Both the position numbers and the translations under genes were made by a program. A stretch of 64,000 nucleotides of DNA from Candidatus Latescibacterota bacterium (GTDB taxonomy: Bacteria > Latescibacterota > UBA2968 > SICM01). Location of the stretch: the NCBI GenBank assembly GCA_965217865.1, contig CBDCJO010000002.1, positions 4,448,001-4,512,000 of the forward strand, given 5' to 3'. The notes under the pieces are model-generated. The model was given only the letters and a program-made list of their open reading frames with translations, was not told where the DNA came from and searched no databases. Positions 39,643 through 50,313 of this stretch are shown here, piece by piece; within the stretch, counting starts at the first letter, position 1; each line of letters opens with the position of its first letter.

Positions 39643-40926
39643 ATGAAAAGGTTAGTCCGTCCCCCCAGAGGCAAAAAGGGGAGGCGCAGCCCGGGGGTAA
39701 AGGCCGGATTGGGGCCAGTTGAGGATGGAAGCGGATCCGAAACGCCAACTGAGGAAGCCCTCCGGAGGAGCGAAGAGCGATATCGTGCGCTATTCGAGAC
39801 GGCCTTCGCGGGGATCAGCATTGGGGACCCTGAGGAGAACATCATCCTGGCCAACCCTACGTTCTGTGAATTGCTGGGTTACTCCCGGGCAGAGCTGGTA
39901 GGGATGAATCTATCGCAAATCACGGGACGGGAGGAGTTCAGCCGGTACCAGGAGCTGACGAAGCAGCGGAGAAAGGGCGTCCGAAACTATTACGAGAGCA
40001 CCGTTTATCGCAAAGATGGAATGCCTATCAATGTGATTATCTCGGCATCTCCTCTCACGGGGAGGGACGGGGTTTTTGAGGGCGTTCTGACCGTGGTTCT
40101 GGATATTACAACACGAAAGCGCGCGGAGGAAGCCCTGCAAAAGGCGCGGGATGAACTCGAGCAGCGGGTCGAAGAACGTACGGCTGAGCTGCAGAAAGCC
40201 AATCAATCCCTGCAGGACGAGGTTTCCGAAAACGCGCGCCTGTTCGAGGAGGTTCGAGCGGGTCGAGAGCGGATGCAGGCCCTCTCTCACCGCTTGGTTG
40301 AGGTGCAGGAGGAGGAACGTCGGCGGATCGCCCGCGAGCTCCACGATGAAGTTGGACAAACGTTGACGGGCCTTAAACTGACGCTGGAGATGGGCAGGCG
40401 CCTTCCTCCCGGGGGTGCGGAAAAAACCGGTCTGGAGGAAGCGCAAACCTTGGTGAACGACCTCATTTCCAAAGTGCGCGACATGTCCCTCGAGCTGAGA
40501 CCCGCGATGTTGGACGATTTGGGTCTGCTTCCGTGTCTTCTGTGGCATTTTGAAAGGTTTACCACCCAGACCCGGATTCAGGTCGGCTTCCAACACAACG
40601 GGCTGGAGGGAAGGCGGTTTTCTCCGGAGGCGGAAACGGCAGCATACCGGATTATCCAGGAAGCCCTGACGAATGTCGCCCGACACGCGGGGACCCACCA
40701 GGCCACGGTGCGGGTCTGGGTGAAACAGGATACGTTAAACGTCCAGGTCGAAGATCAGGGCCCGGGTTTTGAACCGGAAGCCACTCTGTCCGCTGGCGTT
40801 TCCAGCGGTCTTTCGGGGATGCGAGAGCGAGCGATCCTGGTCGGCGGTGTTCTGACAGTCGAATCGTCACCGGGGAGAGGAACTCAGGTGATGGCCAGAT
40901 TGCCCCTGGAGATTCCGGGCGATTAA
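39643..40926 (+). CDS. PAS-domain sensor histidine kinase (HisKA_3)
   Basis: SEERYRALFE...DITTRK PAS; ERRRIARELHDEVGQ; QEALTNVARHA; EDQGPGF; GLSGMRER. Confidence 0.93.
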   Translation: MKRLVRPPRGKKGRRSPGVKAGLGPVEDGSGSETPTEEALRRSEERYRALFETAFAGISIGDPEENIILANPTFCELLGYSRAELVGMNLSQITGREEFSRYQELTKQRRKGVRNYYESTVYRKDGMPINVIISASPLTGRDGVFEGVLTVVLDITTRKRAEEALQKARDELEQRVEERTAELQKANQSLQDEVSENARLFEEVRAGRERMQALSHRLVEVQEEERRRIARELHDEVGQTLTGLKLTLEMGRRLPPGGAEKTGLEEAQTLVNDLISKVRDMSLELRPAMLDDLGLLPCLLWHFERFTTQTRIQVGFQHNGLEGRRFSPEAETAAYRIIQEALTNVARHAGTHQATVRVWVKQDTLNVQVEDQGPGFEPEATLSAGVSSGLSGMRERAILVGGVLTVESSPGRGTQVMARLPLEIPGD

Positions 40927-40939
40927 GAAAGCGGGAAAG

Positions 40940-41596
40940 ATGAGCCTCACGACCATTGTTCTGGCTGACGACCACCCCGTTGTTCGGCAGGGTTTGCGGG
41001 CTGTGCTTGAGGCGGAGAAGGATTTTCGTCTGATCGGTGAGACAGGCGATGGGCTGGAGACCGTTCGATTGATCGAGCGCCTTCAACCGGATGTATTGAT
41101 GCTGGATCTGATGATGCCCGGCCTGGGCGGCCTGGAGGTCACCCGGCAGGTGAGCCAACGTTCGCCAAGGACCCGTGTGGTTATCCTCTCGATGCACGCC
41201 GACGAGGCCTACGTGCTGGAGGCCCTCAAAAACGGAGCAACAGGCTATGTCCTGAAGGAATCGAGCGCAGATGATCTGGTTCGGGCCATCCGTGAAGTGG
41301 CCGCGGGTCGGCGTTACCTGAGTCCCCCGCTTTCGGAGCGCGCGATTGAAACATACGTGCAGCGGGCCCGGGACGCTTCCCTGGATGGATATGAATCCCT
41401 GACCCCCCGGGAACGAGAAGTTCTTCATCTGGCAGCGGAAGGTCACCACAATCCTGAGATTGCCACACGGCTTTTTATCAGTTCCCGAACGGTCGAGGTG
41501 CATCGGGCTAACCTTATGCGAAAACTAGGATTTCGGACTCAAACAGACCTAGTTCGATATGCCCTGAAAAGGGGAATCCTACCCCTGGAAAATTAG
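40940..41596 (+). CDS. NarL/LuxR-family response regulator
   Basis: LADDHPVVR, LDLMMP, LTPREREVL, SRTVEVHRANLMRKL. Confidence 0.95.
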   Translation: MSLTTIVLADDHPVVRQGLRAVLEAEKDFRLIGETGDGLETVRLIERLQPDVLMLDLMMPGLGGLEVTRQVSQRSPRTRVVILSMHADEAYVLEALKNGATGYVLKESSADDLVRAIREVAAGRRYLSPPLSERAIETYVQRARDASLDGYESLTPREREVLHLAAEGHHNPEIATRLFISSRTVEVHRANLMRKLGFRTQTDLVRYALKRGILPLEN

Positions 41597-41870
41597 AACC
41601 GTCTAGCCGTGAAATACTCATTTCTTTTCCCCTCTTTCCCCCCAGATCCAATATCCGGAGCGATTTCCTGACCGTTCTATTCCCACCTACGCTTTAAATC
41701 CTTCTATACGAACATTTCTGGTTTTCAATGAACACGCTTTCCACGCGTGTTTCCGAAACGGCAAAGTCCATTTCTACGTGGCATTTCCGGTAAAATTACG
41801 TAGATGTACGAATGGACGGATTCGGAATCGATCGTTATTTTGCATAGTACGTGGGAACCGGGGTGAGAAA

Positions 41871-42326
41871 ATGAGCCAGACGAAAATGGATAGCCAGGTT
41901 GCGTGGCAGAGAAACGGAATGATGGATCCGATCTCCGTTTTGCTGGTGGATGATAATGCCACTTTTTTACGCGTTGCTATGCGCTTCTTGGAGGAGCATT
42001 GCCAGGAGGCGGTCGTCGTGGTGGGCACGGCCGAAGGGGGTGAAGAAGCCCTGGACCTGGCGAAAGACCTAAAACCTCGAATCATCCTGCTGGACCTCAA
42101 CATGCCGGGCATGTCGGGATTGGAGACCATCCCCCAGTTAAAACAGGCGTTTCCCGATGTCGGCATTATAGCTTTGACCCTGTTGGATACGGAGAGCTAT
42201 CGAAGCGCTGCGATCACGGCAGGTGCAGACGACTTCGTTCCCAAGGCCGCTCTGAACCTGGAACTGCTCCCGGCTATTAAACGGATTATCGCGGAATACA
42301 ATAAAAGGGGGGCTCCCATGCGATGA
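41871..42326 (+). CDS. Single-domain response regulator receiver (start may be 41919)
   Basis: VLLVDD, LLDLNMPGMSG, GADDFVPK. Confidence 0.85.
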   Translation: MSQTKMDSQVAWQRNGMMDPISVLLVDDNATFLRVAMRFLEEHCQEAVVVVGTAEGGEEALDLAKDLKPRIILLDLNMPGMSGLETIPQLKQAFPDVGIIALTLLDTESYRSAAITAGADDFVPKAALNLELLPAIKRIIAEYNKRGAPMR

Positions 42327-42516
42327 TGGGGGCTGGCTATTGCAGCACCGGAGTTACATCGCCGTCCGAAGCTCCCGGCTCTTCGGGCGCGGAGCCCCCC
42401 TTTTTTTCAAAGAATCCGTGATCGTGGATCGTGACTCGGGGATTGGAAAGGCCAATAGTCCGAATCCATTCAAAAAAAACGTTGACTATTCCTCAAACTA
42501 TTCGCATCGATTCTTT

Positions 42517-42757
42517 ACGAATCACGAATCACGAATCACGAATCACGAATCACGAATCACGAATCACGAATCACGAATCACGAATCACGAATCACGAATC
42601 ACGAATCACGAATCACGAATCACGAATCACGAATCACGAATCACGAATCACGAATCACGAATCACGAATCACGAATCACGAATCACGAATCACGAATCAC
42701 GAATCACGAATCACGAATCACGAATCACGAATCACGAATCACGAATCACGAATCACG
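42517..42757. repeat. Perfect heptamer tandem array (ACGAATC)x34
   Basis: 238 bp of uninterrupted ACGAATC units (42517-42754) plus ACG. Confidence 0.98.
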
Positions 42758-42845
42758 GCGTTCAGAGAAAGGAGGAGACCTTAGTGTTCTACGTATCCCG
42801 TCTTCAACGAAGTGGCCCAAGTAAATCGATTCCGGAGGTGGATAT

Positions 42846-45229
42846 ATGAAGCAGATACTTTTCTTTGCCCTTCTTGTCCTTCCCGTTAACACCTTCGCGA
42901 TCCACAACACCGCCATCGTGAATGTAGAGGTCGCGCGGGACGTGTCAGCCCCTTCCGGATCCTTCACCGCATCCCTGACCGGAGACCAGGAGGTCCCGGC
43001 CCTCACGACTTCTGCTTCGGGGACGGCTGCGTTGACCTGGGATAGCCGGGGTCTCCACTATCGGATCCCGGGGCAGCGTTGCTCAGTGAACTGCTGGCCG
43101 GGAACCTCTACCTCAACGTTCACACCGCGGATAATCCCGGGGGTGAGCTCCGCGGGCAGGTCGCCATGACATCCGGAGTGGGTTTCTGGGCGACCATGGG
43201 AGGCGGGCAGCAGAATCCACCCCTCACCATCTCGGCCACGGGGACGGCCTCCCTAAATTGGGATAAGGACGGCCTCCACTATCGGATCACGGTGGACGGT
43301 CTTAGCGGTGCGATCACGGGTGCGCACTTCCACAACGCGCCGGCCGGGCAGAACGGCGGCGTGGTCCACAACATCACGGCCTCTTTCACCGGCAATACGG
43401 CATCGGGGACTATCGATGACTCGGCGCTGATCGATGAGCTTATCGGAGGGAACCTCTACCTGAACGTCCATACGGCTGAAAATCCCGGGGGTGAGGTCCG
43501 CGGGCAGGTCTGGATGACCTCAGGAGTCCGGATGACGGCGACCCTGGATGGGGGACAGCAGAATCCGCCCCTCACCATCTCGGCCACGGGGACGGCTGCT
43601 CTGAATTGGGATGGAGACGGCCTTCGCTACCGGATCACGGTGAGTGGGTTGAGCGGTGCGATCGGGGGTGCGCATTTTCACAGCGCCCCTGCGGGTCAAA
43701 ACGGAGGCGTGGTCCACAATATCACAAGTTCCTTCTCGGGCAATACCGCTTCCGGGATATGGCCGGGTCCTCCCGCCGATATGCTGGTGGAGCTGCTGGC
43801 CGGGAACCTCTACCTCAACGTTCACACTGGGGACAATCCCGGTGGTGAGGTCCGCGGACAGGTCGGTATGGTCTCCGGCGTCGGATTTGAAGCCCACCTG
43901 GGTGGGGGGCAGGAGGTCCCACCGGTCACCAACTCGGCCACGGGGACGGCCTCACTCAATTGGGATAAGGACGGCCTCCACTACCGGATCACGGTGGACG
44001 GTCTTACCGGTGCGATCACGGGTGCGCACTTTCATAACGCGTCGGCCGGGCAGAACGGCGGCGTGGTCCACGGTATCACCGCCTCTTTTACGGGCAGCAC
44101 GGCCTCAGGCGTATGGGTTGCCGACGCATCGAATGTCGGGGAACTTATAGCGAGCAATCTATACCTTAATGTACACACCGTGGAAAATCCAGGGGGTGAG
44201 GTTCGCGGGCAGGTGGTTCAGCCCGGGCCCCGGGTGGGTGGCCTGGTGGTTGGGTTCTCCCGGGCGACCTCGGGCATTTCGGCCAATTATGAATGGGATG
44301 CGGTCACCGATGTAGACGGCGAAGCGACGATCGATATCGAGGTCCCGCCGAGGCCCGCTTTACCCAATGTTGGAGCCAGCGGCTACTACCGGGCACGTGT
44401 TATCAACAGCACGGGTGAGGTTCTCGGTCGATGGATAGGTATACCCGTGAGGGGTGGGAGGGTTGTCGACCTCCGCCTCTCGGTTGGAGGACGAGCAGCC
44501 ATAACGGGACCGGTATTCGGAACGCCAATCGAGGCTTCGGTAAAACCGGTTTCCTCCGCTGTCACTACCACGGTCCTGTCCGGAGTCGAACCACAGGCCC
44601 CAATCGTCTCGTTCGGCAGCGTCGATGCGAAGACGGAGGGAAGGTTGGATCTGCCGGTTCAGATCGATCGGGCGGGAGACCTCTTCGCGGGGGATCTCAT
44701 CCTCACCTACGATCCGAACCTTGTTGCCCTCCGGACCGGGAAGATCGGTGAAATCGACTTGGCGATTGTGGAATCGGTCCCAGGTCGTGCTTCCCTTTCA
44801 TTTGAGGGTATTGCAGCGTCGGAAGCAACCCGGCTTCTGCTTTCGTTTGAGCGCCGCACGGGTGATGCGTTGGGCGACATGGAACTCGCCGGGGTGTTCT
44901 ACGATAACGACCTGATGCCGATCGCCGAGGTGGCGACTGAAGCCCGTTTGCACGACGGCCTGCATGCTGTGTACACCCTGCTGCAGAACTATCCCAATCC
45001 GTTCAACCCGACCACGCAGATTCGATATGATCTGCCCCGGTCCGGGCGGGTCAGCTTGACTATCTACAACGGGCTGGGTCAGGTGGCGGCACGACTTGTG
45101 GACATCCGCCAGGACGCCGGTTCCTACACTGTGACCTGGGATGCCAGGGAGATGGCTTCAGGGGTCTATTACTATCGGCTGGAGTCCGGGGGATTCAGCG
45201 CGACAAAGCGGTTGGTTCTGTTGAAGTAA
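42846..45229 (+). CDS. Secreted multi-CHRD protein with cohesin-like region and C-terminal FlgD/T9SS-type sorting domain; deletion/frameshift in the first CHRD
   Basis: GGAGG RBS and signal peptide; repeats L.G.QE.P...ASGTA...GAHFH...GNLYLNVHT..NPGGEVRGQ; QNYPNPFNPTTQIRYDLP...ASGVYYYRL...KRLVLLK; break near 43067. Confidence 0.8.
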
Positions 45230-45256
45230 CACTTATCCAAACGCTCTGAGCCTTCC

Positions 45257-45294
45257 AGCAGGCGCGGTTCTGTAACCGCGCCTGCTTTTTTTTT
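45257..45294 (+). terminator. Intrinsic terminator
   Basis: 13-bp perfect stem agcaggcgcggtt/aaccgcgcctgct followed by a T-run. Confidence 0.9.
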
Positions 45295-45490
45295 AGAGGT
45301 TCCCATTGAAAGATTAATCAACATATAAATAAAAGAGGGTATATTAGTTCATCACAAGAAACGACGGACGGGAAACGGGAAACAAAGAAGGTAAATCCAC
45401 CTTCGTGGATCGGAAATCCCGTGGACCGCCAAAACCGATCGCGAGTGAAATTGGAACTCCTGCCAAAAGGTTAATTCTGGTTCCCACGCC

Positions 45491-48298
45491 ATGAGAAAGG
45501 TTCAGAAGCGTTCTTTCAACCCCCAGGACGTTGTTGCGGTCCTCTGTTTCTTCCTCTCCGGATTCGCTGCGCTGGTCTACGAGGTGTCCTGGATCCGAAA
45601 GGCCTCTCTGGTCTTTGGATCATCGACATTCGCAGTCAGCACCGTACTTGCGGTGTTCTTCCTCGGACTGGCCTGCGGGAGTTTCCTGTTCGGGCGGATC
45701 GGCCAGAAGGCCTCGCGACCGCTGAGGCTTTTTGCCCTGATGGAGATAGGCATCGGGCTAATCGCATCCGTGAGTCCTTATGGATTTGACCTGATGGACG
45801 GCCTCTTCGGAGCCGTCTATCGGGCAACGGCCCAGGAACCGGCCCTTCTCCTGCTCTCTCGCGGGATTCTGGTCGCTCTTGTCATTCTTCCCCCGACGAT
45901 CCTCATGGGCGGGTCGCTTCCCCTTTTCTGCCGGCAGTATGTGGTAAAGGACTCAAGGATCGCCGGTTCCGTCGGCCTGCTGTACGGCGTGAACACCCTG
46001 GGAGCTGCCGTGGGCTGCGCCGCGACCGGATTTTTTTTGTTGCCGTCTTTCGGGCTTCAAAATTCTGTGCTGGTCGGGGCCGTTTTGAACGTGTTGTGTG
46101 GAATTGTGGTGGGTTCGATGAGAATCGCTAAGGAGGATGCACCCGACATACTCGTCAAGGAGGAGGGATCCCACAGCGGTAGCGGCATTGCGATCCCGGT
46201 ACTCTTTTTCTCCGTCGGGTTTGCAGCCTTAGGGAGCGAGGTTCTCTGGACGCGCTACCTGGGTCTTTTGATTCACAATTCGGTCTACACTTACACGTTG
46301 ATTCTGACGGTCGTTCTGGTTGGGATCGTGATCGGAAGCGTTGTCTCCTCCAGGTTCTTCGACCGGCGGGTCGCCCGCGCACGATATTTCGGCGCCTTTC
46401 AGGTGCTCTCCGGAATCGGGATTTTGGTCCTTATGAAACTTCCTCCGGGATTTTGGAGGGGGATCGGAGATGAGCTGTGGGTTACTTTCCTCCTTGTTCT
46501 TTTTCCGGCCGTCCTCTCCGGGGCTTCTTTCCCACTGGCGATCCGCATGGTCGTTGGAGACGCATCAAAGGCGACGGTGAACACGGGGAGAATGGCCGGG
46601 GTTAACACGATGGGGGGAATCTTCGGCTCGTTGTTCCTGGGGTTCGTTGCTTTGCCGGCCTTCGGAATGCAGACGAGCCTCCTGTTTACGACGGGTTTAA
46701 GCCTGGCCATCGGTTTTGCCTCCTGGATCTGGATCGACAGGTCAAGGCGTGTCGTATTTTGGGGTCCGGCCGTAGTCACATCTCTTGTGATCTGGCTTGG
46801 AATACCTCCCCTCACCGGGGTGCGGATACCGGCGGACTTCCTTGGAGAACGGGAGAACCTCGTGGCCTATCGTGAAGGCGTTGGCTCCAACCTGGCGGTT
46901 ATTCGGAAGGAGCACGTGCTACAGCTGGAGATCGAAGGGTGGTGGCAGGGTGAGGACCAGAAGAACCATCAGATTATGGCAGCGCATATACCCATGCTTT
47001 TGCATCCGAAACCCCGGAGGGTCCTCGTGGTGGGGGTTGGAACGGGCCAGACGGCCAGCCGCTTTTTGATGTACCCCGTCGATCGCCTCGATTGCGTGGA
47101 TATCGAACCGACGATTTTCGAGTTTATTCGAGGCCATTTCGAGTCAGGATGGATGAATGACGAAAGGGTGGCATTGATTCGGGAAGACGGGCGGAATTAC
47201 CTCAGACACGGGAAAGGTATGTACGATGTGATCTCACTCGAGGTGGGCCAGATCTTTCGGCCTGGGGTGGCGTTCTTCTATACGGCGGATTTCTACCACC
47301 GTGCCCGGGAGCGACTCAATCCAGGCGGACTGGTCGCTCAATTCGTTCCCATTCCATTTTTCACGATCGAACAGCTACAGGGGGTCTTGAAGACTTTCCT
47401 GGATGCTTTTCCGCAGAGCACCTTATGGTATAACACGTCCGAATTGCTTCTGGTGGGGGTGAATGACGGGGGGGATGGGTTCAATCAGGAGTTACTCGGG
47501 AGGTTGTCAGACGACTTGATTCAAGAAGATCTGAGCTACAGCCACTGGGGCGGACCGGAATACCATCTGAACAGTCCCCACGTCTTTCTGGCCGGATACC
47601 TCGTTGGGCCCCAGGGCCTTTCCCGCCTGGCGGCCGGCGGCGACCTGTATCGAGATGACCGCCCGATCCTGGATTATGCCACAAACCGGGTGTATGAATC
47701 GAAGGGATATGAGATCTCGAATCTCAAAAAGTTACGGGACCAGCTGGAGCAGATCGAGACACTGGGAAATTTCCATCTCTCCCCGGACGGACTATTGGCA
47801 ATCGAAAAGATTCGAGAAAAGAACCTGAGCGATATCGTCGTGAGGGCTCTGATCCGGCGGGTCAACCAGCTGATACCCTACAATGATTTTGCGGGGATCG
47901 TTTCGCTGCTCTCGAGGGCGGTTCGATTGAATCCCGAGCACTTCCTGGCGAATCGAATGATGGGGGACGCGCTTCTGATTCAGGGCCGATATGAGGAAGC
48001 TCTCGCATATTATTTAGCCGCCTATGACATCCGCAATGAGGACGGCCCTGTCTTACACGGGCTCGGCGTTGCGAACCAGCACCTCGGCCGAATCGATGAC
48101 GCGATCGAATCCTATCGGAGGGCCCTGAGGGTCCGTCCCGATCACGCGGAGACACACAATAACCTGGGTGTTGCGCTGGGACAGGACGGCGACCTCGCGG
48201 GGGCATTGCATCACTTCGAAGAGGCGGTCAGGTTGCGACCCGGGTACGCAGACGCGGAGCAAAATCTCGCCATGGCGCGGTCTTATGAGGAAAATTGA
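45491..48298 (+). CDS. Fused MFS-like membrane / spermidine-synthase-like protein with C-terminal TPRs
   Basis: FFLSGFAALVYEVSW, LYGVNTLGA, VLVVGVGTGQT, EDGRNYL, LNPGGL, HNNLGVAL TPRs. Confidence 0.9.
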   Translation: MRKVQKRSFNPQDVVAVLCFFLSGFAALVYEVSWIRKASLVFGSSTFAVSTVLAVFFLGLACGSFLFGRIGQKASRPLRLFALMEIGIGLIASVSPYGFDLMDGLFGAVYRATAQEPALLLLSRGILVALVILPPTILMGGSLPLFCRQYVVKDSRIAGSVGLLYGVNTLGAAVGCAATGFFLLPSFGLQNSVLVGAVLNVLCGIVVGSMRIAKEDAPDILVKEEGSHSGSGIAIPVLFFSVGFAALGSEVLWTRYLGLLIHNSVYTYTLILTVVLVGIVIGSVVSSRFFDRRVARARYFGAFQVLSGIGILVLMKLPPGFWRGIGDELWVTFLLVLFPAVLSGASFPLAIRMVVGDASKATVNTGRMAGVNTMGGIFGSLFLGFVALPAFGMQTSLLFTTGLSLAIGFASWIWIDRSRRVVFWGPAVVTSLVIWLGIPPLTGVRIPADFLGERENLVAYREGVGSNLAVIRKEHVLQLEIEGWWQGEDQKNHQIMAAHIPMLLHPKPRRVLVVGVGTGQTASRFLMYPVDRLDCVDIEPTIFEFIRGHFESGWMNDERVALIREDGRNYLRHGKGMYDVISLEVGQIFRPGVAFFYTADFYHRARERLNPGGLVAQFVPIPFFTIEQLQGVLKTFLDAFPQSTLWYNTSELLLVGVNDGGDGFNQELLGRLSDDLIQEDLSYSHWGGPEYHLNSPHVFLAGYLVGPQGLSRLAAGGDLYRDDRPILDYATNRVYESKGYEISNLKKLRDQLEQIETLGNFHLSPDGLLAIEKIREKNLSDIVVRALIRRVNQLIPYNDFAGIVSLLSRAVRLNPEHFLANRMMGDALLIQGRYEEALAYYLAAYDIRNEDGPVLHGLGVANQHLGRIDDAIESYRRALRVRPDHAETHNNLGVALGQDGDLAGALHHFEEAVRLRPGYADAEQNLAMARSYEEN

Positions 48299-48401
48299 AG
48301 ATCGAAGATTGAATATTGAAGATTGAGGTTGAGATCCTTAAGCCTTTAAAAAGTCTGGTGTTTTTTCAAATATTCATTTTTCCGATATTCAATATTCAAT
48401 G
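48294..48401. repeat. Inverted heptamer (ATTGAAN...NTTCAAT) intergenic element, copy 1
   Basis: Degenerate heptamers forming an inverted pair; right arm 35/37 identical to 60945-60981. Confidence 0.7.
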
Positions 48402-48413
48402 AAGTTGGTTGGT

Positions 48414-49120
48414 TCAACGGAAGTGGAGATCTATCCCATAAAGGATCAGGCCCAATTTTTTTGCGAGGGCCAAAGAGGCGACGTTGTCCCACGACGTGCT
48501 GTAAAGGGGTAAGTGCCCTTCGTTTGAGACAGCCACCGCCCAACCCGCTACTACGTCCGCAGCGTATCCCCTTCGACGAAATCCCTCCAGCGTGAACACC
48601 CCGGCCTCGTGCGCCTGCGGCGATATGCGCACGCTGGAGCATATCGATACGACCTTCCCGTTTTCGACTGAACCCATACAAGGCTGCAGGGATTCCAGAC
48701 TGAGGATCGTGTCCGGGAAACCGAAGCGCAGGAGCTCAGCGTTCTTCCTGGTAATCCTCAAGATGTTTGTCGGGGCCTCTATTTTTTCGGGAAATCGGTA
48801 TGCCGGTCCGCTCCATTCCGCCTCGATCTCCGCGTCTGCCTTCAAGACATTTCTGAAGGCATCCAGGTTGATCAGCGGATCCGGATAATTTGAAGGTACG
48901 GGCTCCGCCAGGGTCAACGTATTCAGTTTTTCGACGATTCCATCGTGGAGATCGTGCCGAAATCGCCAGATGTGGCCATCCTTCGTGCGTCCCAGGAAGA
49001 ACCGGGGGCCAGGTCCCCGTCAGGTTCGTTTACGTGTTGAAGGAATCCATTTTTGTTATGGGTAAAGAGGGTTCCGACGTGAATCTCCATCAGGTTGAAA
49101 TCAGATATCAATGAAATCAC
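48414..49120 (-). pseudogene. GNAT acetyltransferase, frameshifted in a homopolymer near 49005
   Basis: The N-terminal ORF (NEPDGDLAP) continues as RFFLGRT...EAGVFTLEGFRRRGYA...NVASLALAKKLG if one C is added. Confidence 0.75.
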
Positions 49121-49165
49121 TTCCTTTCAAGACGACCCCTGACCTTCTGCCTGAAAGTTCTGTAA

Positions 49166-49410
49166 TCAACCGAACGCTTTCTCGGCCGCCTTTTTGATCT
49201 CTTCGTCGCTCAAATCCGAGACGTGTGTTGCGATGCTCCACGAGTGTCCGTAGGGGTCGAACACCTGACCATATCGATCTCCCCAGAATGCGTTCATAGG
49301 CTCGCATCCTGCGGCAACGGCCTGTTTAAATGCCGCATCCACATCTTCAACATACAGATGAAGAGTGACCGTTGTTCCTTTGTTTGTCTTGGGGGATACC
49401 CATCCCGGGC
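49166..49410 (-). pseudogene. PhnB-like VOC protein, C-terminal fragment
   Basis: SPK..GTTVTLHLYVEDVDAAF..AVAAG...FWGDRYG...DPYGHSWSIATH; N-terminal half not found. Confidence 0.7.
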
Positions 49411-49753
49411 ACCCCTGACCATAGCTAGCCGCAATGCAAAACATAACATCAGCGTGAAATCTCTACAAAAAGCCACAATCGACAATAATTGCATTATCGA
49501 TTTAGAGGAGGGAAGACCCTCAGCGGACGATTTACGTCGCCTTGTAACCTCTCATGGCCCAGGGAAGGATATTGCTTCGAGTGGTTGGAATCTTTGCGTC
49601 AGAGAGAAGGCTAGATGGAACCTACGCCGAGAACTTTGGCGAGTTTAGAGCAAAACTGAAAGCTACGGGCTGCGGAAATGTGGAGATTTTGAAGCCTTCT
49701 GGCTATTGGGGTTATTAGCTAGTTCTGCAATCGCGAATTTATTCGTTTTTTTC

Positions 49754-49781
49754 TTGACAGCACCTCCACATCGCGTATATT
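49754..49781 (+). promoter_or_regulatory. Sigma70 promoter of the blaI/blaR-like operon
   Basis: TTGACA-N16-TATATT upstream of an AGGAGG RBS. Confidence 0.55.
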
Positions 49782-49832
49782 TTCGCTATCTTGTGCAGAC
49801 AACGATTTTCACAGCAGGGATAGGAGGCTGAA

Positions 49833-50228
49833 ATGCCGAGAAAACGGACACAAGGGCTGACGGATCGTGAAGCCGAAATCATGTCAATTCTCTGGGATAT
49901 CAGCGATGCAAGCGTTGAGGATATCCGCGAGCGGCTCAGCGATACACCCTCGGCCAGCACTGTCCGAACGCTGCTTGCCATCATGGTCGATCGCGGTCTG
50001 GTCGCCCACGATGGGGCTGAGTACGCAAAGCGCTACCGAACCAGACTCGACCGTTCTGAGGCCCAGTGGCCCGCTCTGCGCAGGCTGATCGATAGGCTTT
50101 ATGCCGGCTCTACGGAGGCGCTTCTTGTGCATCTGGTCGATCAAGGGGAAGTTGATCTTGAACAACTGAAACGACTTCAGGCCCGCCTCCGTCGGGAAGG
50201 TTCTAAGTTCAGAAGGAAAGGGCCTTGA
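49833..50228 (+). CDS. BlaI/MecI/CopY family transcriptional repressor
   Basis: LTDREAEIMSILW...STVRTLLAIM..RGLV...LIDRLYAGS..LLVHLV. Confidence 0.92.
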   Translation: MPRKRTQGLTDREAEIMSILWDISDASVEDIRERLSDTPSASTVRTLLAIMVDRGLVAHDGAEYAKRYRTRLDRSEAQWPALRRLIDRLYAGSTEALLVHLVDQGEVDLEQLKRLQARLRREGSKFRRKGP

Positions 50229-50313
50229 CGGCCTTACTTCTCAATGAACAATGGCACACATCCGAGAGGATTCTGTTCCCTCGACAGACCTCTGCTCATG
50301 AGAGGAGCTTGGG

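Noticed and set aside
41774-41803. CTACGT-N18-ACGTAG inverted repeat as a response-regulator site
   Set aside because: Single 6-bp arms could arise by chance; no second instance to support it.
42517-42757. CRISPR array
   Set aside because: 7-bp tandem units with no spacers, and no cas genes in the window.
42340-42849. ORFs encoding (TNHESRI)n
   Set aside because: Translation artefact of a stop-free heptamer array; no RBS and no protein-like flanks.
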